Part shown: positions 18,588 through 25,821 of the stretch, one piece after another
How the letters are laid out: each line of letters opens with the position of its first letter
Position numbering within the stretch: the first letter of the stretch is position 1
DNA from: Prasinococcaceae sp. CCMP 1430
Lineage: Eukaryota > Plantae > Prasinodermophyta
Reading direction: 5' to 3'
DNA length: 25,821 nucleotides
Assembly: GCA_013416795.1 (NCBI GenBank)
Contig: RQSC01000015.1
Span: forward strand, 9,429 to 35,249
Notes under the pieces: model-generated
Told to the model about the DNA's origin: nothing
The model's input: the letters and a program-made list of their open reading frames with translations, nothing else
Databases searched by the model: none
Program-made: the position numbers and the translations under genes

Positions 18588-19333
18588 ATGAACGACGATG
18601 GCATGGGCGCGCAAGGCGAGGGTGGCAGGCGCCAGGGCAAGCGCACGCGCAAGAGCAGGCCCCCCGCCAAGTTCAACAAGAACCCTCACACAATGCGCTA
18701 CGAGGTACGGTGTCATGAGCGCAATGACAAAATTGTTGTGAGCGCACCAGCGCGATGACCAGCTGGCGGCGTGCCGCGCGCGCGCGGGCGAGCTGCCGCC
18801 ACTGTGCCCCAACGGCGCTGGCGGGGCGCGCCTCCGCACGCCAGCCGACGCCTCCGCGCGCCACTGGGAGTGACCTGCTGCGTCGGCCACACCTGACACC
18901 TTGCTCGCGCGCGCCGGTCCAACAGGAAGACATCGATGGCGCGCCCCTCTTGCCCGACGACGGGTACAATTGGAAGCAGTATGGCAAGAAGGTTATTAAA
19001 GGCCGGCCTCATCGGCGCTGGTACTTTAAATGCACGCACAAAGGGTGCCACATCAGAAAATTCGCCCACCCGGTCAAGAGTGAGCGCAAAGTTACCATCG
19101 CGTACGACGGGGAGCACAACCACGACCCGCCCGAGGTCCGTGATCGCAAGAAGCAGAGGCTGCAGCTAGAGAGGAAAGATGCACAAAAGCAGATGCACCA
19201 GCAGCAGCAGCTGCAGTCGCAGGGGCTGGGGCGGCGGGAAGAGCCGAAAAAACAGACGATCGGAGAGTTTCGGGACGAACTTCGTAAGAAGCCGGACCTG
19301 CGGTGGCGGCAGTCGCAGCAGCTACACAAGTAA
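18588..19333 (+). CDS. WRKY: WRKY-family transcription factor with a variant heptapeptide; exons 18588-18704 and 18926-19333 (possibly to 19816)
   Basis: DDGYNWKQYGKKVIKG...YFKCTHKGC-x22-HNH (C-x4-C-x22-H-x-H). Phase-0 intron 18705-18925 (GTACGG..CAG). Basic NLS-like KRTRKSR in exon 1. Confidence 0.9.
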
Positions 19334-20529
19334 CCGCACCAGCAGCAGCACGAGCCGCGCGCCGGTGACCCGCAGCAGCAATTATAGCAGCGAGGACATT
19401 CTCAGCAGTGCAGGTAGTGCACGCCACAGACGTGCCAACAGCAGCAGCCGCCGCCACCGCCGCCGCCGCCGCCGCAGCAGCCACCGCTCGCCGGGCCTGC
19501 CGCCGCGCCGCCACCGTCGACCCCCGCGGTGGGAGACTGCTCAGACTGTGCGCAAAGGAACGTCAAAGATCTCGAGCATGCACCACAACCACCACCAGCA
19601 GCACCAGCAAGCACCAGCGGCCTACGCCCTCGAACCTCCTTACGATGGGAGACAGGGCAGAACGTGAGGTCTCAGAGAGCATGCAGCGGCAGTAGTAGTA
19701 GCAGCGCGCGCCATGGTCACAGCTGCACACCCGGACCGCAACGCGGCCGCTCGCGGGGGCGGAAGCCGCGCTGCAGCGCTCGGACGAGGACCGCACGGCG
19801 GGCGAGTGAGCGCTGAATCGCCTCCTGAGCACAAAGAGGACGGGCCTCTCTCCAGCAGCCGCCCATGCGTGCAGTTCGGCGCGGCTGCCGAGCGGCGCCT
19901 GCGGAGCGGGCGGGGTCCGATCACGCTGCCAGTGCCGTGCCCAGCGCGCACACGTGCTCCACGCGCAGATGTTGGCGCGGACTCGCGTGCGTCGGTGAAG
20001 ATCAGTCTGATGCGTGCCTGTACGTGAGCTGGTTTGGGTGCGCAGCTCTGAGCGCACTCGTAGTGATGTAAGGACCCCGCGTTGTTTGAATGAACGGGCG
20101 CGTGCGCGCTCTCTCTCTCTCTCTTCCTCTCTCTCCCCCTCCCCTCGTGGTGCGAGGGCAGCGAGAGAATGGTGGACGCGTGAAATAGCGAGCCACAACA
20201 GAGGACACAAGTTACACAACAGGTGCTGCGGGGCCCGCGTCATTCGCTGGCCAGGCTTGACGAAAGGGCCCAGTCGTGGGACGCTCGGCGCTCAAGCGTG
20301 GCAGCTTGGCGTGTCCCGAACGTGCGAAAGAATTAAAACGATGGCACGGCAGCGCAATGCGCACCGCGCATGCACGCGCGCACACCCACACATTCGCACG
20401 CGCGATCGCACGCGCACCCGCGCTCACGCGCGGGTCCAGCCGCCGCACCTTGCGTGTGCCCGCCACCCGCGTCTGCCACGAGGGGCGCATCGCTCGGCGA
20501 CGCGCGCACCACCGACCTCGAGCCCACCG

Positions 20530-20800
20530 CGCGCGGTGCGCGCCTTCAAGCCGTGCAGCGTCGTCGCTAGCGTCTTCTTACACAGCCCCGCCAGAAAAGG
20601 ATATAAACTACGCAGCGGCCTGCGCACAGAAAATTGAGGACGCTGATGTGCTGTCTGTCGTCCGACAGGTACTACCAAAGTCGAAGTGCGCCTCGCACGT
20701 GGCAGGGGCAGCCAGGATGACTGCACGCTGTAGTGCCCGTGTCGAGTATGTCGTTGACCAGGACGGCGCCCCTCTTCGATATATGGGGCGGCCACTACTA
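20530..20800 (+). CDS. Possible coding segment of unknown function
   Basis: Part of ORF 20276-21379 reads protein-like (PPEKDINYAAACAQKIEDADVLSVVRQVLP...RVEYVVDQDGAPLRY). No family recognised; the opposite-strand ORF 20424-21077 competes. Confidence 0.3.
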
Positions 20801-21130
20801 CGTGGTCGTGCACGCGCTCGCGTGTGCCTGCGCGCAGTCGCCACTCGCTTGCCACGTCGGCGCCGGTGGGGAACGCGGCGTAGTCGGACGTCGCAGCAGC
20901 CTGCGCGGGCACCGTTTTCGTCACCGTGTCCACATACGCCACACCGCGTCCGAGGATTGAAGCAAAGGACGACAGCTGACGCTTGGAGTCCACCGCAGCT
21001 CGACGCCGCTGCAGTACGCCGCGCCAGCCACGAAATCCAGGCAGCGCGCTGTCCATGCGCGCGCGTGGCGAGAGCATATCCTAGGGTGGCGCTGATCGTC
21101 ATACTTGCACAAGCTAGGCGCGGCCATACG

Positions 21131-22795
21131 TCAGCCCTCCTCCTCCTCCTCCTCCTCCTGTGCTTCCAAAGCCACACCTGCGGCCGCGAACGCGTCCTTG
21201 AACAGCTGGGTGGGCGGAGATGTGAGGACGGCGACGCAGCCTTCAAGCGCCAAACCCCTTCTCGCGGCGTCGCAGAGCACCCACAGTTCTGCGGGAAGCC
21301 TACCGGTGCTTGGCCCTTCGCCGGAAGGATGCCACGTTTTTTCTATGACCTTTTCGCCGTTGCGGAAGACCTTACATGAGCCACCATCGTTCACGATGTC
21401 GACGGCGACATTCGCATGCGCTGCCGTCTGCCACCCACAGCTGTCGGTCTCCATAGGGCTGAACGTGTCCTTTTCGCTGATCCCAAACCCCTCCAGCGAC
21501 ACCTCTTTCACTAGACACTCGTGGATCCACTTGTGCTCGGAGAGCTCATGCGCGTATGGCCTCTTTTTGGGGTCCGGCTCGAGCGCCGCCGTGATAAAGC
21601 CTCTGCATCCGTCCGTGATGTCATCGGGTAGGGCCGCAAATTCCCCGCACATAATCTTCTGTGCCATATTCTCGTCATAATAAGCGCCTTGATCTCCGTC
21701 GAATGGCCCGAAAGGATACTTCCCGCAGACGCACCTGTACGCCAGCACGCCAATACACCATACATCCACCTTTGTACCGCTGTACGCCGCTTCGGCGCTA
21801 ACCGGCGGATGGTTGGTGTAGAGCTCAGGGGCGCTGATTCGGCGCACATCGCACGCCGAAGGGAGAGACGCCGCGCGGCGGCCTCCGTTCTGTCAGCATT
21901 CGCGCTGCAAGGGAACACGCAAAATGCGCATGGGGAGTGACGCGGCTGAAGCGACGCACTCATAGCTGATATCTCTCAGTCCTCGAACGGCATGTGAGTG
22001 GCACACGCTCTCTGCGACCTCTTTGCTGAGCCCGAAGCCCACGAGGGTGATGCGGCTTTTTTCCTCGTCCTCCACGATGAAATTCTCGGCCGTCACGTCC
22101 CTGATTTCCAATCCCGCGCGTGCCAATGGCCAGGGAGCGCGAGAGGACGGAAAGGTAGACCTCGCGTGCCGTCAGCGCCCGTCGCGCGAACGAGCAGGAG
22201 GAATCACGGCGAGGCCAGCTGCGGGCGACAGCTCAGGCATATGGGCGCTTTCGCTCTGTGCAGCAGCAGCAGACGCCACGCACCTGTGGGCGAGTTCCAC
22301 GCTGTGTAGCGCCTTGACGCAATCGCACACCTGGGAGACGTATTTGTACGCCTGTTTTTCGTCGATGCGCCCCCGACGCTTCGTCTCTGCTTCTTCGAGG
22401 ACTTCAAGGAGGCTCCTGCCTTTGACCAGGCGAGAGACCACGCACACGAACTTGCTGCCATCGCCTCCTTCTATGTCGAAGCTGCGTATGGGCAGCGCCA
22501 CGGCCGGGTTGTTCACGCGGGGCCAGTCGTCGACGAGCTCGCCCTTGAACTCGACCATCGCTTCGGGGGGCCACTCCTCGTCCAATCTGATCAATTTGAT
22601 CTCCACTTCGGCGGGCCGCCCACGCTCCTCGGTACTAGTACACCCGTCGCGGCGCACGCGCGTGATGTCTTTGGCCGAGAGCACTTTGATGACGCGGTTG
22701 GAATTCAACACCTGGACGATCTCGTACACCCGGTTATCGCGCGTGTCATGGAGCTCGTGACCTTCACGGATGTTCTCGAAGTTGGGCGCAACCAT
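21131..22795 (-). CDS. Atypical Ser/Thr kinase-like protein (probable pseudokinase); exons 22795-22284, 22100-21960, 21833-21131
   Basis: EVEIK, LAH(R)|DVTAENF, LVGFGLSK, SY(D)APE, KVDVWCIGV, GKYPF, PKKRP, and a C-terminal poly-E. Introns 22101-22283 and 21834-21959 restore frame. Confidence 0.85.
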
Positions 22796-23030
22796 GGCGC
22801 TTGCGTTGTCTTCACTCTCGCCACCCCTCCCGTCTACGCTCTCACGCAACTTCGTGCTCCCCCGCGACGCGGCTGGGGGGGGGCGGGGTGGTGGTGGGGT
22901 GGGGTCGGATGGGGGGCGGGCGGGGTTCCCTCTGCTGCTGGCGCTTGGCCGCCTGCGGCAGCGGCGCCGGCGCCCTTCCCTTCCCTTCCCTTCCCTTCCC
23001 CACCCCACCCCACCCCACCCCACCCCACNG

Positions 23031-24231
23031 CCTGGCCTCCGGCGGCGGCGTGGTGACCGTGGTGGGCTCTTCGCTCTCCGAGGGCACGTGCTCCTTCGGC
23101 GGCACGGTGGTGCCCGGCGTGAGCGCCGGCGAGGGCTCACTGTCGTGCGTGGCCCCGGCCGGGGTTGCTGGATTCGTTATTGTCAGTCTTGTTGGTATTC
23201 ATGGCTCTTCTGCTGTGGCTTCTTATCTTTACCTAAACGAGCCTACTGTTGCGTATGTTCGTCCAGATGTTGTGTATGACTTCAGTGTTGTTCACGTCGT
23301 GGGAGCTGATCTTCACGCTCTTCTTTTGTCTACGAAATATTCATGGAATCCTGTCGTGGTTTCTTCTGTTTTTGCAGTTGGAACGGTTGATGACTTTGCT
23401 GATGATGATGCATGGCATTTGGTTTCTTCTGATTTGTATTCAATGGCGCAGCCACTTGAGGTTCTGGACGTCACCCCTGGAATATCTCATTCTGAGGGTG
23501 GCAGTATTGTTACTGTGCACGCTTTCGGCGGAGTCGAGCGATTGTCGTCGTTTTCATTGAGTTGCACATTCGGCACCACCAGAGTTTTGGCCTCTACGTC
23601 GACCATGGAGACGCTTGAATGCAGAACACCTTCGCATGCGCCTGGAGTGGTTGCGCTGGACACTGCTGCGAACGGAAAAGACACAAGTGGCGAGTATGGC
23701 CACTTCGCTTTTTCCGACAGCGCCGCTGCATCGCGCTCGAGTGATATGGTCAGTGGAGTATCTGTGATCCCTGTTGAGATGAAGGGGGGTCAGGATGTAT
23801 TCGTGTACACTTCTGACCTCATTGTCGATGGAGTGACCCAGCACACATGCGGCTTCGGGGATCGGTCTGTTCCTGCGCTGGCGGTGAACACAAGCTGTGT
23901 ATTGTGTGTGGCCCCGGCCAGTGCCCCAGGCTTTGTGGCTGTTGATGTACGAGAGCTGGAGAACACGGGGCCGCCGAGAATGGAGTCAATTGCTTTCATC
24001 ATGTTCCAGGAAGAGTATACGATTTCGCATGTGATACCGACAGCTGGACCAAACGCAGGTGGCGTATTGGCTGTACATGGTCGCAACATGATGCACTCCG
24101 CTTGTCAGTTTGTACTACTTGGGGGAGATGTTGTTGAAGTGCGCGGCATGTGGGTGTCATCTACGATCGTCATGTGCGAAGCGGTCAGCCACGAGAACGG
24201 AGAAATTCATGTGCATCTTGCCGTGGCCAAC
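23031..24231 (+). CDS. IPT/TIG-repeat cell-surface protein, internal fragment (4-5 repeats)
   Basis: LASGGGVVTVVG..CSFG..SCVAP; TPGISHSEGGSIVTV..CTFG..ECRTP; CGFG..LCVAPASAPGFVAV; PTAGPNAGGVLAVHG..MCEA. Starts mid-repeat after the N at 23029 and loses repeat character after AVAN. Confidence 0.82.
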
Positions 24232-24554
24232 CGCACCACTCGCCGGCCCCCGAACGACCCGAAGCCCGCATCGCCTCGGCGAGGACAACCCCCACAGGGC
24301 GCTCCCGCACCGTGGCGCGCCCGCACCGACGCGCCCGCCAGCCCCGAGCGCCGACTGAGGCAGCGGACGACGGGCACGCCCACCGACGCCGACGCCGACG
24401 CCGACGCCAACGCCGACCCCGTCGGTCGGCGAGCGCGAAGCGCGGGGGAAGGGGGGGGGTGTGGAGGGGGGCGACGCGCCGCGGCCGATAGCCCCCGAGC
24501 GAGCGCCCCAAGAGAGCTGCCCCGGGCCGTGTTCGCCGCCCCCGTGCGCGTGCC

Positions 24555-25640
24555 ATGGCAGCGGCGTCGAGCAGAAAGCGCGCGCGTGCCGAATCGGACG
24601 ACGGGCACCCCGCCGACTCGGAGGCCCGCGGCGCGCCCGGCGGCGCGAGCGGCATGCACGAACCCACTACCGCAGGCGGCCCTCCTCCCGGTGGTCACGG
24701 CGAAGGCGCCCCGCACGGCGGCGGGGGCGGCTCGACCAGCGACGCCACGGGGGCCCGGGCGGCACTGCTGGCATCCGACGGCATCGATCGCGTACCCTGC
24801 CGCTCCATTCCCTGGAGCGAGGTCGACGTGGGCAAGAAAAAGCTAGGCGAAGGCGCCGTCGGAGAGGTGTATACGGGCCGCTTTGAGGGGACGGATGTGG
24901 CAGTCAAGCGCCTGAAGGCGATGGAAGCGATTCTGTGGGGGCAGCGGGCGGCCGACGACGATGCCTCCGGCGATTGCCCGCGGCGTCCCGATGAGGTGGC
25001 GAAACGAAGAAAGCAGTGCGAAAGAGAGGTAGCGGCGTTCAAGGCCGAGATGAATATCCTCATGCAAGTGAGGCACCCCAACATCGTCTTGCTGATGGGC
25101 GTTTGCGTCGAGGATGGCGACCGCGAAGAGGACAACCACGTCGCGTTGGTGATGTACGTGTCATGAGGAGCCGGGCAGGGCCCCCTCGCAGCGCGCCCAT
25201 CCCGACTCAATGGCGGTTTGTACGCGCTGCGACGGCGCTCGTGCAGTGACTTGCACTTTTGCTCGCGACTCTCCCGCCTCGCGCGCGCTCCTTTGAACTG
25301 TGACTCGCGTCCGCGGCGCTGACAGGACTTCGCGCCTTCGGTCCGCCTCTCCTTGCGCATGCTCAAACAGGGAGCATTGTCACACGGATCTCCATACATT
25401 GCTGCACAGGGACAGAGCGAATTTCTGCAAGTACACGCGGCGCATCGTCACCCGCCGCGAGCGACTCAAGATTGCCACCGGCGTGGCGAGCGGCATGACC
25501 CACCTGCACGCGCAGAGTCCCGAGAGCATCTTGCACAGGGATCTGAAGCCTGCCAACGTGCTCCTGACCGAGGCGCACGAAGCCAAGATTTGCGATTTCC
25601 ACCTGTCACGGGCGATCGAGGAGAGTGAGGTGTCGCCAAT
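24555..25640 (+). CDS. Tyrosine-kinase-like (Raf/TKL) protein kinase; exons 24555-25153 and 25371 to about 25640; subdomains VIII-XI not seen
   Basis: LGEGAVGEVYTGRFEGTDVAVK, FKAEMNILMQVRHPNIVLLMG, VM|EHC, GVASGMTHLH, LHRDLKPANVLL, KICDFHLSR. Intron 25154-25370 (GTACGT..CAG, phase 2). Confidence 0.9.
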
Positions 25641-25821
25641 CGCGCGCAGCAGCGCGTCGAAGGGCCACGTCCTCCGCAGCAGCGACAGCAGCGTCGCCGA
25701 CGGCGTCGCCGCCGGCAGCGGCGCCGGCGCTCGCACCGACGCCATCAGCGCTCGCACCGACGACCTCAGCACGTCCGCGGACGCCCCCAGCGCGGCGGAG
25801 GCGGCGAGGGCGTCCGCGCGC
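25640..25821 (-). CDS. Probable internal fragment of another gene on the minus strand
   Basis: Reads ADALAASAALGASADVLRSSVRALMASV...ATLLSLLRRTWPFDALLRAIG with CTG-rich codons. The + frame (AGC AGC...) looks like its antisense shadow. Confidence 0.45.

Noticed and set aside
20600-20790. Minus-strand frame with a PRTase-like VLVNDILDTGTT motif and an in-frame TAG (W*YL), which would have supported TAG=Gln
   Set aside because: It is the exact triplet antisense of the + ORF, whose G-starting codons explain its apparent GC3. The TAG codons are + strand CTA. It is not independent evidence.
9720-24230. Lower-GC stretches as an endogenous giant virus or large mobile element
   Set aside because: The genes have host-type spliceosomal introns, and no capsid, polymerase, packaging ATPase, integrase or transposase motif was seen.
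24410-24430. ACG as an alternative start codon (also near 2975 and 4182)
   Set aside because: CGACG is very common in this DNA, and each case has a simpler explanation (junction, gap or wrong strand).
711-25370. Introner-like repeated introns
   Set aside because: The identified introns share only splice signals and C/A-rich composition, with no extended similarity by eye.
47-25772. Most long overlapping ORFs in the six-frame track (e.g. 812-1849, 4986-6701, 12254-13471, and those spanning N gaps)
   Set aside because: They are Arg/Ala/Pro-rich shadow frames of GC-rich genes or artefacts of reading through Ns, with no family motifs.

Overview
Eukaryotic, very GC-rich, compact, intron-containing DNA, most like a prasinophyte-type green alga (inference from composition, GT-AG introns of about 125-340 nt, and WRKY, PRR-type receiver and peroxisomal citrate synthase genes). 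It has three N gaps and two single-N joins. About 16 coding units are recognisable: Met-tRNA formyltransferase, a small plastid membrane protein, a PRR-like receiver protein, a CsgA-like SDR, peroxisomal citrate synthase, a CREG-like protein, an ankyrin protein, a small coiled-coil protein, a proteinase K-type subtilase with two somatomedin-B domains, a D-cysteine desulfhydrase, a secreted Cys-rich/C2-like protein, a variant WRKY factor, an unknown ORF, two atypical kinases and an IPT/TIG-repeat fragment. A 1-kb composite satellite lies at about 7.0-8.0 kb. Main signals: (1) several genes are fragments joined mid-gene. The SDR-citrate synthase block (4172-6761) is bounded by two 12-bp palindromes sharing the core CGGCGCCG and appears to interrupt the receiver gene. 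Misassembly is the simplest explanation; real microhomology rearrangement or gene scrambling is not excluded. (2) The Gln-rich WRKY tail stays in frame through TAA, TAG and TAG to a TGA. (3) The satellite has a 66/57-bp higher-order period. No rRNA, tRNA, CRISPR array or transposase was seen. No database search was run; family calls rest on motif recognition.
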